Assembly: GCF_013122565.1 (NCBI RefSeq)
Contig: NZ_CP053258.1
Origin: Escherichia coli
GTDB taxonomy: Bacteria; Pseudomonadota; Gammaproteobacteria; Enterobacterales; Enterobacteriaceae
Length of the DNA: 64,000 nucleotides
Direction: 5' to 3' (one strand)
The notes below the pieces were generated by a model. It had not been told where the DNA came from and made no database searches. It was given only the letters and a program-made list of their open reading frames with translations. The position numbers and the translations under genes are program-made. Below, in pieces: positions 21,053 through 31,326 of the stretch. Numbering within the stretch: the stretch's first letter is position 1; each line of letters opens with the position of its first letter.

Positions 21053-22438
21053 ATGGCTATTAATTCACCACTGAATATTGCTGCGCAACCCGGCAAAACC
21101 CGTCTGCGAAAATCACTGAAATTGTGGCAGGTTGTGATGATGGGTCTGGCCTATCTCACGCCGATGACTGTGTTCGATACCTTTGGCATTGTATCTGGCA
21201 TTAGCGACGGTCACGTCCCGGCGTCCTATTTGCTGGCGCTGGCGGGCGTGCTGTTTACCGCTATCAGCTACGGCAAACTGGTTCGCCAGTTTCCGGAGGC
21301 CGGTTCGGCCTATACCTACGCGCAAAAGTCGATTAACCCGCACGTCGGATTTATGGTCGGCTGGTCATCGCTGCTGGATTATCTCTTTTTGCCGATGATC
21401 AACGTCTTGTTGGCGAAAATCTATCTCTCCGCCCTCTTCCCGGAAGTGCCGCCGTGGGTGTGGGTGGTAACCTTCGTCGCCATTTTAACCGCCGCGAATC
21501 TGAAGAGCGTCAACCTGGTCGCTAACTTCAATACCCTGTTTGTACTGGTGCAAATCTCCATCATGGTGGTGTTTATCTTCCTGGTGGTTCAGGGACTGCA
21601 TAAAGGAGAAGGCGTTGGCACCGTCTGGTCACTTCAGCCGTTTATCAGCGAGAACGCGCACCTGATCCCGATTATTACCGGGGCGACGATTGTCTGTTTC
21701 TCGTTCCTCGGTTTCGATGCGGTGACCACGCTTTCGGAAGAGACGCCGGACGCCGCACGCGTGATCCCAAAAGCCATCTTCCTGACGGCGGTATACGGCG
21801 GCGTTATCTTTATTGCTGCGTCGTTCTTTATGCAGCTGTTCTTTCCCGATATCAGCCGCTTTAAAGATCCGGATGCCGCACTGCCTGAAATTGCGCTGTA
21901 CGTCGGCGGCAAGCTCTTCCAGTCGATTTTCCTCTGCACCACGTTTGTGAACACGCTAGCGTCTGGCCTGGCTTCACATGCCAGCGTGTCGCGTCTGCTG
22001 TATGTGATGGGGCGTGACAATGTGTTTCCGGAGCGCGTGTTTGGCTATGTGCACCCAAAATGGCGGACTCCGGCACTCAACGTCATTATGGTCGGAATTG
22101 TCGCGATGTCGGCGCTGTTCTTCGATTTAGTTACCGCCACAGCGTTAATTAACTTCGGTGCTCTGGTGGCGTTTACCTTCGTGAATCTGTCGGTGTTTAA
22201 TCATTTCTGGCGGCGTAAAGGAATGAATAAAAGCTGGAAGGATCACTTCCACTATTTGCTGATGCCGCTGGTTGGCGCGCTAACGGTGGGTGTGCTGTGG
22301 GTTAACCTCGAGTCAACGTCACTGACACTCGGTCTGGTATGGGCTTCGTTAGGCGGCGCATATTTGTGGTATCTGATCCGCCGCTATCGCAAAGTGCCGT
22401 TGTATGATGGTGACAGAACGCCGGTGAGCGAAACGTAA
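21053..22438 (+). CDS. puuP: putrescine importer (APC superfamily)
   Basis: Track ORF trimmed to [12 protein letters not shown] (461 aa); about 12 TM segments. Confidence 0.95.
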   Translation: MAINSPLNIAAQPGKTRLRKSLKLWQVVMMGLAYLTPMTVFDTFGIVSGISDGHVPASYLLALAGVLFTAISYGKLVRQFPEAGSAYTYAQKSINPHVGFMVGWSSLLDYLFLPMINVLLAKIYLSALFPEVPPWVWVVTFVAILTAANLKSVNLVANFNTLFVLVQISIMVVFIFLVVQGLHKGEGVGTVWSLQPFISENAHLIPIITGATIVCFSFLGFDAVTTLSEETPDAARVIPKAIFLTAVYGGVIFIAASFFMQLFFPDISRFKDPDAALPEIALYVGGKLFQSIFLCTTFVNTLASGLASHASVSRLLYVMGRDNVFPERVFGYVHPKWRTPALNVIMVGIVAMSALFFDLVTATALINFGALVAFTFVNLSVFNHFWRRKGMNKSWKDHFHYLLMPLVGALTVGVLWVNLESTSLTLGLVWASLGGAYLWYLIRRYRKVPLYDGDRTPVSET

Positions 22439-22447
22439 TAGTCGGAT

Positions 22448-22486
22448 GCGCGGCGCATTATCCTGCCTGAGGGTAATGCACCGCGC
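22448..22486 (+). other. imperfect stem-loop after puuP stop (possible terminator, no U-tract)
   Basis: GCGCGGCGCATTA ... TAATGCACCGCGC, 13-bp arms with one mismatch. Confidence 0.4.
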
Positions 22487-22571
22487 CATTAACTATAAAA
22501 AGATGTATGACCCGGATCACGAGTGCTATCATCCGCCCTTATGCTTAGCGCATTAACCCCAGGGGCAAATA

Positions 22572-22817
22572 ATGAACCACGATATCCCGCTAAAATATTT
22601 TGATATTGCCGATGAGTACGCGACCGAATGCGCAGAGCCTGTCGCAGACGCTGAACGCACACCGCTGGCCCACTACTTCCAGTTACTGCTCACCCGTTTG
22701 ATGAACAATGAAGAGATCAGCGAAGAAGCCCAACATGAAATGGCTGCTGAAGCGGGGATTAATCCCGTACGCATTGATGAGATCGCAGAGTTTTTGAATC
22801 AATGGGGTAATGAGTAA
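22572..22817 (+). CDS. ymjA: small acidic protein of unknown function
   Basis: 81-aa [22 protein letters not shown]. Confidence 0.85.
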   Translation: MNHDIPLKYFDIADEYATECAEPVADAERTPLAHYFQLLLTRLMNNEEISEEAQHEMAAEAGINPVRIDEIAEFLNQWGNE

Positions 22818-22850
22818 TTATTTAATTGCAGACGATCGGTCAGTATCGTT

Positions 22851-22880
22851 GCCCGGATAAAGCGTTCACGCTGCATCCGG
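22851..22880. repeat. REP element
   Basis: GCCCGGATAAAGCGTTCACGCTGCATCCGG matches the REP consensus on the opposite strand. Confidence 0.7.
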
Positions 22881-22993
22881 TTAAAATGACACGCATTGCA
22901 GCGTGCTTTAATGGGTTTCTCACGATCGTACCGCTCTGCTCCTCGCTAAGTTGTTCTGTGAGTTATAGTTATAGAGAAATCACGGGTACGAAT

Positions 22994-23024
22994 GTTGAAC
23001 AGATGGCGACGCCATCTGTTCAAC
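22994..23024. promoter_or_regulatory. 31-nt perfect palindrome upstream of sapA (candidate operator or UTR hairpin)
   Basis: GTTGAACAGATGGCG-A-CGCCATCTGTTCAAC, 15-bp perfect arms, about 105 nt upstream of sapA ATG. Confidence 0.4.
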
Positions 23025-23128
23025 GACCAACCACACGGCCCTCATTACGACCCCTGAACACAAACGGTAATGGCAAATGTCATTAAATATTAGTAAGATA
23101 GCCTCTTTACATAAAATCCCTTAATATT

Positions 23129-24772
23129 ATGCGCCAGGTATTATCGTCTCTTTTGGTGATTGCTGGACTTGTGAGTGGTCAGGCAATCGCCGCGCCTGAA
23201 TCCCCCCCGCATGCTGATATCCGCGACAGCGGTTTTGTCTATTGCGTCAGCGGGCAAGTCAACACCTTTAACCCATCCAAAGCGAGCAGTGGGTTAATTG
23301 TCGATACCCTTGCCGCCCAGTTTTATGATCGACTGCTGGATGTCGATCCCTATACCTATCGCCTGATGCCGGAACTTGCCGAAAGCTGGGAAGTACTCGA
23401 CAACGGCGCGACCTATCGCTTCCACCTGCGTCGCGATGTTCCGTTTCAAAAAACCGACTGGTTTACTCCCACTCGTAAAATGAATGCCGACGATGTGGTG
23501 TTTTCCTTCCAGCGAATTTTTGACCGCAACAACCCGTGGCATAACGTCAACGGCAGCAACTTCCCCTACTTCGACAGCCTGCAATTTGCCGATAACGTGA
23601 AAAGCGTCCGTAAACTGGATAATCATACCGTTGAGTTCCGTCTGGCTCAGCCGGATGCTTCTTTTTTGTGGCACCTCGCAACCCATTATGCTTCGGTCAT
23701 GTCGGCAGAATATGCCCGGAAGTTAGAGAAAGAAGATCGCCAGGAGCAACTCGACCGTCAACCGGTCGGCACTGGACCGTATCAGTTGTCGGAATACCGC
23801 GCCGGGCAATTTATTCGCCTACAACGTCATGATGACTTCTGGCGCGGTAAACCGTTAATGCCGCAGGTGGTGGTGGATTTAGGCTCCGGCGGCACCGGAC
23901 GTCTGTCGAAACTCCTGACCGGGGAATGCGACGTTCTGGCCTGGCCTGCTGCCAGCCAGCTATCCATTTTGCGTGACGACCCGCGCTTGCGTTTAACGCT
24001 GCGTCCTGGGATGAACGTCGCCTATCTGGCATTTAACACCGCCAAACCGCCGCTAAATAATCCCGCTGTCCGCCATGCGCTGGCACTGGCGATTAATAAC
24101 CAGCGCCTGATGCAATCCATCTATTATGGTACGGCTGAAACGGCGGCCTCTATTTTACCGCGCGCCTCGTGGGCCTATGACAACGAGGCTAAAATTACTG
24201 AATACAATCCGGCGAAATCGCGCGAACAGTTGAAGGCGTTGGGGCTGGAAAACTTAACGCTGAAACTGTGGGTGCCAACACGTTCGCAGGCGTGGAACCC
24301 CAGTCCACTGAAAACCGCCGAACTGATTCAGGCGGATATGGCGCAGGTTGGCGTAAAAGTGGTGATTGTGCCGGTAGAAGGTCGCTTTCAGGAGGCGCGG
24401 TTGATGGATATGAGCCATGATCTGACGTTATCCGGTTGGGCGACGGACAGTAACGACCCGGACAGTTTCTTCCGTCCGTTACTGAGCTGCGCAGCAATTC
24501 ATTCACAGACCAACCTCGCCCACTGGTGCGATCCGAAATTCGACAGCGTATTGCGTAAGGCGCTCTCCTCGCAGCAACTGGCGGCGCGCATTGAAGCCTA
24601 TGACGAAGCGCAGAGTATTCTGGCGCAGGAATTGCCCATTTTGCCGCTGGCGTCGTCATTGCGTTTGCAGGCCTATCGGTACGATATCAAAGGTCTGGTA
24701 CTTAGCCCGTTTGGTAACGCCTCCTTTGCTGGGGTGTATCGCGAGAAACAGGATGAGGTGAAAAAACCATGA
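23129..24772 (+). CDS. sapA: periplasmic peptide-binding protein of Sap ABC transporter
   Basis: 547-aa ORF with signal peptide, family-5 SBP. Confidence 0.95.
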   Translation: MRQVLSSLLVIAGLVSGQAIAAPESPPHADIRDSGFVYCVSGQVNTFNPSKASSGLIVDTLAAQFYDRLLDVDPYTYRLMPELAESWEVLDNGATYRFHLRRDVPFQKTDWFTPTRKMNADDVVFSFQRIFDRNNPWHNVNGSNFPYFDSLQFADNVKSVRKLDNHTVEFRLAQPDASFLWHLATHYASVMSAEYARKLEKEDRQEQLDRQPVGTGPYQLSEYRAGQFIRLQRHDDFWRGKPLMPQVVVDLGSGGTGRLSKLLTGECDVLAWPAASQLSILRDDPRLRLTLRPGMNVAYLAFNTAKPPLNNPAVRHALALAINNQRLMQSIYYGTAETAASILPRASWAYDNEAKITEYNPAKSREQLKALGLENLTLKLWVPTRSQAWNPSPLKTAELIQADMAQVGVKVVIVPVEGRFQEARLMDMSHDLTLSGWATDSNDPDSFFRPLLSCAAIHSQTNLAHWCDPKFDSVLRKALSSQQLAARIEAYDEAQSILAQELPILPLASSLRLQAYRYDIKGLVLSPFGNASFAGVYREKQDEVKKP

Positions 24773-25734
24773 TTATCTTCACCTTACGCCGCATTTTGTT
24801 ATTGATTGTCACCTTGTTCCTGCTGACCTTCGTTGGCTTCAGCTTGAGCTATTTCACTCCACACGCGCCGTTACAAGGCGCGTCACTGTGGAATGCCTGG
24901 GTGTTCTGGTTTAACGGTCTGATCCACTGGGATTTTGGTGTTTCCAGTATTAACGGTCAACCGATTGCCGAACAGTTAAAAGAGGTCTTCCCGGCGACGA
25001 TGGAACTGTGCATACTCGCCTTCGGTTTTGCGCTGATTGTTGGCATCCCCGTAGGGATGATTGCCGGGATTACGCGCCATAAGTGGCAGGATAACTTGAT
25101 CAACGCCATCGCCTTACTGGGTTTTTCCATCCCGGTGTTCTGGCTGGCGCTTCTGTTGACGCTGTTTTGTTCACTCACGCTAGGTTGGTTGCCCGTTTCA
25201 GGGCGTTTCGATCTGCTCTACGAAGTGAAACCGATTACCGGTTTTGCGTTGATTGATGCCTGGCTTTCGGACTCACCATGGCGGGATGAAATGGTCATGA
25301 GCGCAATCCGCCATATGATATTGCCCGTGATCACCCTGTCGGTTGCGCCAACAACTGAAGTGATCCGCCTGATGCGTATCAGCACTATCGAAGTGTATGA
25401 CCAGAACTATGTTAAAGCGGCGGCGACCCGCGGTTTGTCACGCTTTACTATTTTGCGTCGCCATGTTCTGCATAACGCGTTACCTCCGGTTATTCCTCGC
25501 CTGGGCTTACAGTTTTCTACCATGCTGACGCTGGCGATGATCACCGAAATGGTTTTTAGCTGGCCGGGTTTAGGGCGCTGGTTAATTAACGCCATCCGCC
25601 AGCAGGATTACGCAGCCATTTCCGCCGGAGTGATGGTGTGTGGCTCACTGGTTATTATTGTTAACGTGATTTCTGATATTTTGGGTGCCATGGCTAACCC
25701 TCTGAAACATAAGGAATGGTATGCCTTACGATAG
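24769..25734 (+). CDS. sapB: Sap ABC transporter permease
   Basis: 321-aa ORF, DppB/OppB-like. Confidence 0.95.
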   Translation: MIIFTLRRILLLIVTLFLLTFVGFSLSYFTPHAPLQGASLWNAWVFWFNGLIHWDFGVSSINGQPIAEQLKEVFPATMELCILAFGFALIVGIPVGMIAGITRHKWQDNLINAIALLGFSIPVFWLALLLTLFCSLTLGWLPVSGRFDLLYEVKPITGFALIDAWLSDSPWRDEMVMSAIRHMILPVITLSVAPTTEVIRLMRISTIEVYDQNYVKAAATRGLSRFTILRRHVLHNALPPVIPRLGLQFSTMLTLAMITEMVFSWPGLGRWLINAIRQQDYAAISAGVMVCGSLVIIVNVISDILGAMANPLKHKEWYALR

Positions 25735-26611
25735 CGTATACAGCGAAAAGCGCCCGCCGGGCACGCTGCGTACCGCCTGGCGCAAATTTTATAGTGACGC
25801 CTCTGCGATGGTCGGTCTGTACGGCTGCGCGGGGCTGGCTGTACTGTGTATTTTTGGCGGCTGGTTTGCGCCTTACGGCATCGACCAGCAATTTCTCGGT
25901 TACCAATTATTGCCGCCGTCATGGTCGCGCTATGGCGAAGTTTCTTTCTTTCTGGGGACTGACGACCTCGGACGCGATGTTTTAAGCCGTTTACTGAGCG
26001 GAGCTGCGCCAACCGTGGGTGGCGCATTTGTGGTGACGCTTGCCGCGACGATCTGTGGCCTGGTACTGGGCACCTTCGCCGGGGCAACGCACGGCCTACG
26101 ATCAGCAGTGCTTAACCATATTCTGGATACCTTACTGGCGCTCCCTTCCCTGCTGTTGGCAATTATCGTTGTAGCGTTTGCCGGACCGAGTTTGTCCCAC
26201 GCCATGTTTGCTGTCTGGCTGGCATTGCTGCCGCGTATGGTACGTTCGATTTACAGCATGGTGCATGACGAACTGGAAAAAGAGTACGTTATCGCCGCCC
26301 GTCTGGATGGCGCATCAACGCTGAATATTCTCTGGTTTGCTGTGATGCCAAACATCACCGCCGGGCTGGTCACCGAGATCACCCGCGCACTGTCGATGGC
26401 AATTCTCGATATCGCCGCGCTGGGCTTTCTCGATCTCGGCGCACAACTCCCCTCGCCTGAATGGGGAGCGATGCTCGGTGATGCGCTGGAACTGATTTAT
26501 GTCGCCCCGTGGACTGTCATGCTGCCAGGTGCGGCAATTATGATTAGCGTGCTGTTGGTTAACCTCCTTGGCGACGGTGTCCGTCGTGCAATTATTGCGG
26601 GGGTGGAATAA
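25721..26611 (+). CDS. sapC: Sap ABC transporter permease
   Basis: 296-aa ORF, DppC/OppC-like. Confidence 0.95.
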
Positions 26612-27603
26612 TGCCATTACTCGATATTCGTAACCTGACCATTGAATTTAAAACCGGGGATGAGTGGGTTAAGGCAGTTGACCGCGTAAGCATGACCTTA
26701 ACCGAAGGTGAAATCCGCGGTCTTGTTGGCGAATCCGGCTCCGGCAAAAGTTTGATTGCGAAAGCGATTTGTGGGGTGAATAAAGATAACTGGCGTGTTA
26801 CTGCTGACCGTATGCGTTTTGATGATATCGATTTGCTGCGTCTCTCCGCACGCGAACGACGCAAGCTGGTTGGTCACAACGTGTCGATGATTTTCCAGGA
26901 ACCGCAGTCGTGTCTTGATCCTTCAGAACGAGTGGGTCGCCAGTTGATGCAAAACATCCCAGCCTGGACCTATAAAGGCCGTTGGTGGCAGCGTTTTGGC
27001 TGGCGCAAACGCCGTGCCATTGAACTGCTGCACCGCGTGGGGATTAAAGATCACAAAGATGCGATGCGCAGTTTTCCCTATGAGTTGACCGAAGGTGAAT
27101 GTCAGAAAGTGATGATAGCCATTGCACTGGCGAATCAACCGCGTCTGCTGATTGCTGACGAACCGACCAACTCAATGGAGCCAACAACCCAGGCGCAAAT
27201 CTTTCGCCTGCTGACGCGTCTCAACCAAAACAGCAATACCACTATTTTGCTTATCAGCCATGACTTACAAATGCTTAGCCAATGGGCGGATAAAATTAAC
27301 GTGCTTTACTGCGGTCAAACGGTGGAAACCGCGCCGAGTAAGGAGTTGGTGACGATGCCACATCATCCTTATACCCAGGCGCTGATCCGCGCGATACCAG
27401 ACTTCGGCAGCGCGATGCCGCATAAAAGTCGCCTCAATACGTTGCCCGGCGCTATCCCACTGCTGGAACAGTTACCGATTGGTTGTCGTCTGGGGCCACG
27501 TTGCCCGTATGCACAACGAGAATGCATTGTGACGCCACGTTTGACGGGGGCGAAAAATCATCTCTATGCCTGTCATTTCCCGCTGAACATGGAGAAAGAG
27601 TGA
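26611..27603 (+). CDS. sapD: Sap ABC transporter ATPase
   Basis: 330-aa ORF; Walker A GESGSGKS. Confidence 0.95.
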
Positions 27604-27604
27604 G

Positions 27605-28411
27605 ATGATCGAAACGTTGCTTGAAGTGCGTAATTTAAGTAAAACGTTCCGCTACCGGACCGGCTGGTTTCGTCGTCAAACCGTAGAAGCGGTAAAACCC
27701 TTGAGCTTTACGCTACGTGAAGGCCAGACACTGGCGATTATCGGCGAGAATGGTTCGGGTAAATCGACGCTGGCAAAAATGCTGGCGGGAATGATAGAAC
27801 CTACCAGCGGCGAGTTATTGATTGACGATCATCCGCTGCATTTTGGCGATTATTCCTTCCGTAGTCAGCGTATTCGCATGATTTTTCAGGATCCTTCGAC
27901 CTCGTTGAATCCCCGTCAACGTATCTCGCAAATCCTGGATTTTCCACTGCGTCTGAACACCGACCTGGAACCGGAACAGCGTCGTAAACAGATTATTGAA
28001 ACGATGCGTATGGTTGGGCTGCTACCGGATCACGTCAGTTACTATCCGCATATGTTGGCCCCCGGGCAAAAACAGCGTCTGGGTCTGGCGCGCGCGCTGA
28101 TATTGCGCCCAAAAGTCATTATTGCCGATGAAGCCCTCGCCTCACTGGATATGTCGATGCGTTCGCAGTTGATTAATCTGATGCTGGAGTTACAGGAAAA
28201 ACAGGGCATTTCGTATATTTATGTTACCCAGCATATCGGAATGATGAAGCACATTAGCGACCAGGTGCTGGTGATGCATCAGGGCGAGGTTGTCGAGCGA
28301 GGCAGCACCGCGGATGTGCTGGCATCACCGCTGCATGAACTCACCAAACGGCTGATTGCCGGGCATTTTGGCGAAGCATTAACAGCGGATGCGTGGCGTA
28401 AAGATCGCTAA
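27605..28411 (+). CDS. sapF: Sap ABC transporter ATPase
   Basis: 268-aa ORF; Walker A GENGSGKST. Confidence 0.95.
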   Translation: MIETLLEVRNLSKTFRYRTGWFRRQTVEAVKPLSFTLREGQTLAIIGENGSGKSTLAKMLAGMIEPTSGELLIDDHPLHFGDYSFRSQRIRMIFQDPSTSLNPRQRISQILDFPLRLNTDLEPEQRRKQIIETMRMVGLLPDHVSYYPHMLAPGQKQRLGLARALILRPKVIIADEALASLDMSMRSQLINLMLELQEKQGISYIYVTQHIGMMKHISDQVLVMHQGEVVERGSTADVLASPLHELTKRLIAGHFGEALTADAWRKDR

Positions 28412-28438
28412 TTTTCTGAATCCTCCTTCCAGATTATC

Positions 28439-28481
28439 CACCTCATTCTGACAAGAGATTAAATCTTGTCAGAATGAGGTG
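28439..28481. other. perfect 18-bp inverted repeat / stem-loop at sapF-ycjD junction
   Basis: CACCTCATTCTGACAAGA-gattaaa-TCTTGTCAGAATGAGGTG; right arm abuts the ycjD start codon; no U-tract. Confidence 0.6.
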
Positions 28482-28832
28482 ATGGATAAAATAAAATCAA
28501 ATGCGCGTGATTTAAGACGCAATCTCACTTTACAGGAACGAAAGCTCTGGCGATATCTTCGCAGCCGACGTTTTGGTGATTTCAAATTTCGCCGTCAACA
28601 TCCGGTGGGGAGCTACATTCTCGATTTTGCTTGCTGCTCGGCGCGTGTAGTCGTTGAGCTGGATGGTGGGCAGCATGATTTGGCAGTTGCCTATGATTCC
28701 AGGCGCACTAGCTGGCTTGAGTCGCAGGGCTGGACCGTGCTGCGTTTCTGGAATAACGAGATTGATTGTAATGAGGAGACGGTGCTGGAGATTATTCTGC
28801 AGGAACTGAACCGCCGGTCACCCTCACCCTGA
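28479..28832 (+). CDS. ycjD: DUF559 protein (Vsr/restriction-endonuclease-like fold)
   Basis: 117-aa ORF MMDKIKSNARDLRRNLT; start may be GTG at 28479 or ATG at 28482. Confidence 0.85.
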   Translation: MMDKIKSNARDLRRNLTLQERKLWRYLRSRRFGDFKFRRQHPVGSYILDFACCSARVVVELDGGQHDLAVAYDSRRTSWLESQGWTVLRFWNNEIDCNEETVLEIILQELNRRSPSP

Positions 28833-29060
28833 AAGGGCGAGGGGGCCGACCGAGCCGAATAGCTGTTGTGGTGAAAACATGGAGACAGTGCTGGAGAATA
28901 TTCGGCAAGGTCTGAACCATCCCAGCCATCGCCATAAAAGGGTTAGGGGCTGTATGAGCCTGTTTGTTGCTGGGGTAACAATATTTGCACAATACGGTCC
29001 CCTCGCCCCTCTGGGGAGAGGGTTAGGGTGAGGGGAAAAGCGCCCACCCTGCCGCAGCCT
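28833..29060. repeat. degenerate copy of ycjD 3' end plus GC-rich imperfect palindromic repeats (box-C-like)
   Basis: GGAGACAGTGCTGGAGAATATTCGGCAAGGTCTGAACC about 80 percent identical to ycjD's last codons; motif copies AGGGCGAGGGG, AGGGTTAGGGG and CCCCTCGCCCCTCTGGGGAGAGGGTTAGGGTGAGGGG. Confidence 0.5.
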
Positions 29061-29199
29061 GCTCCGGTCGGACCTGGCAACTATAGCTACTCACAGCCAG
29101 GTTGATTATAATAACCGTTTATCTGTTCGTACTGTTTACTAAAACGACGAATCGCCTGATTTTCAGGCACAACAAGCATCAACAATAAGGATTAAAGCT

Positions 29200-29988
29200 A
29201 TGGGTTTTCTTTCCGGTAAGCGCATTCTGGTAACCGGTGTTGCCAGCAAACTGTCCATCGCCTACGGTATCGCTCAGGCGATGCACCGCGAAGGAGCTGA
29301 ACTGGCATTCACCTACCAGAACGACAAACTGAAAGGCCGCGTAGAAGAATTTGCCGCTCAATTGGGTTCTGACATCGTTCTGCAGTGCGATGTTGCCGAA
29401 GATGCCAGCATCGACACCATGTTCGCTGAACTGGGGAAAGTTTGGCCGAAGTTTGACGGTTTCGTACACTCTATTGGTTTTGCACCTGGCGATCAGCTGG
29501 ATGGTGACTATGTTAACGCCGTTACTCGTGAAGGCTTCAAAATTGCCCACGACATCAGCTCCTACAGCTTCGTTGCAATGGCAAAAGCTTGCCGCTCCAT
29601 GCTGAATCCGGGTTCTGCCCTGCTGACCCTTTCCTACCTTGGCGCTGAGCGCGCTATCCCGAACTACAACGTTATGGGTCTGGCAAAAGCGTCTCTGGAA
29701 GCGAACGTGCGCTATATGGCGAACGCGATGGGTCCGGAAGGTGTGCGTGTTAACGCCATCTCTGCTGGTCCGATCCGTACTCTGGCGGCCTCCGGTATCA
29801 AAGACTTCCGCAAAATGCTGGCTCATTGCGAAGCCGTTACCCCGATTCGCCGTACCGTTACTATTGAAGATGTGGGTAACTCTGCGGCATTCCTGTGCTC
29901 CGATCTATCTGCCGGTATCTCCGGTGAAGTGGTCCACGTGGACGGCGGTTTCAGCATTGCTGCAATGAACGAACTCGAGCTGAAATAA
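29200..29988 (+). CDS. fabI: enoyl-ACP reductase (NADH)
   Basis: 262-aa [31 protein letters not shown]. Confidence 0.97.
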
Positions 29989-30007
29989 TCGTTCTGTTGG
30001 TAAAGAT

Positions 30008-30040
30008 GGGCGGCGTTCTGCCGCCCGTTATCTCTGTTAT
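30008..30040 (+). terminator. probable fabI terminator
   Basis: GGGCGGC-gttct-GCCGCCC followed by a T-rich tract. Confidence 0.5.
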
Positions 30041-30131
30041 ACCTTTCTGATATTTGTTATCGCCGATCCGTCTTTCTCCCCTTCCCGCCTTGCGTCAGGA
30101 TAACGATTTCCTTTACGACCAAGGAGCGCCC

Positions 30132-31259
30132 ATGGAACAACGCCACATCACCGGCAAAAGCCACTGGTATCATGAAACGCAATCCAGTACTACGGAGTAT
30201 GACGTTCTGCCTCTGGTCCCGGAAGCCGCAAAGGTCAGCGATCCCTTTCTACTCGACGTGATCCTTGAAAAAGAAACGCTGGCCCCCTTCCTTTCATGGC
30301 TGGACCCTGCGCGTGTTCTTGCAGTGGATTTGTTCCCTGACCAGCTTACCGTGACCCGTTCACAGACCTTCACCGCTTATGAACGCTTGTCGACGGCCCT
30401 GACGGTTGCTCAGGTTTGCGGCGTCCAGCGGTTATGTAACTACTATTCGGCGCGACTTACGCCGCTCCCCGGGCCTGATTCCACCAGGGAAAGTAATCAT
30501 CGGTTGGCACAAATCACGCAATATGCCCGCCAACTGGCTAGCTCGCCTTCTATTATCGACAACCGATCGCGCCAGCATCTGAATGACGTCGGTCTTACTG
30601 CCTGGGACTGTGTGATCATTAACCAAATCATTGGTTTTATTGGCTTTCAGGCGCGGACAATTGCGACATTTCAGGCTTATCTCGGGCATCCGGTACGCTG
30701 GTTACCCGGGCTGGAGATACAAAACTACGCCGACGCGTCACTGTTTGCTGATGAATCATTACGCTGGCGAAGCAGCTATGAGGTGGAAAAACTACCTGAA
30801 GAGCACACAAAAAGTTCAACTGCAGAACTTTGCCAACTGGCCGAAATACTCTCTCTCCACCCTATTTCACTTTCCCTTCTCGAAAAGTTATTAAACAGCA
30901 CACGGGTCAATACACAGCCGGATAATCAGCTTGCGGCGTTGTTATGCGCGCGTATAAATGGCAGTCCTGCTTGTTTTGCCGCCTGTATGGATTCATCAAA
31001 TGAATATAAAAAAATCAGCCCCCTTCTGCGCAAGGGCGAAAATGAAATTAACCGATGGGCTGACCGTCATTCTGTTGAGCGCGCTACCGTTCAGGCGATA
31101 CAATGGCTGACCCGAGCACCCGATCGCTTTAGCGCCGCCCAGTTCAGCCCTTTACTCGAACACGAAAAATCATCAACGCAGATTATTAATCTGCTGGTAT
31201 GGAGCGGGCTGTGTGGCTGGATAAATCGCTTAAAAATCGCGTTGGGTGAGACATATTAA
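30132..31259 (+). CDS. yciW: putative oxidoreductase of the cysteine regulon
   Basis: Track ORF trimmed to [12 protein letters not shown] (375 aa); AGGAG SD upstream. Confidence 0.85.
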   Translation: MEQRHITGKSHWYHETQSSTTEYDVLPLVPEAAKVSDPFLLDVILEKETLAPFLSWLDPARVLAVDLFPDQLTVTRSQTFTAYERLSTALTVAQVCGVQRLCNYYSARLTPLPGPDSTRESNHRLAQITQYARQLASSPSIIDNRSRQHLNDVGLTAWDCVIINQIIGFIGFQARTIATFQAYLGHPVRWLPGLEIQNYADASLFADESLRWRSSYEVEKLPEEHTKSSTAELCQLAEILSLHPISLSLLEKLLNSTRVNTQPDNQLAALLCARINGSPACFAACMDSSNEYKKISPLLRKGENEINRWADRHSVERATVQAIQWLTRAPDRFSAAQFSPLLEHEKSSTQIINLLVWSGLCGWINRLKIALGETY

Positions 31260-31326
31260 CCTTGCCGCGTCAGACAGATTCGCGTAAAACTGTCAGCCGC
31301 TCTAATGGCCACCAAAATAGACAATT

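Noticed and set aside
29179-29826. 215-aa minus-strand ORF
   Set aside because: Entirely antisense to fabI; low-complexity Arg/His-rich translation with no start context.
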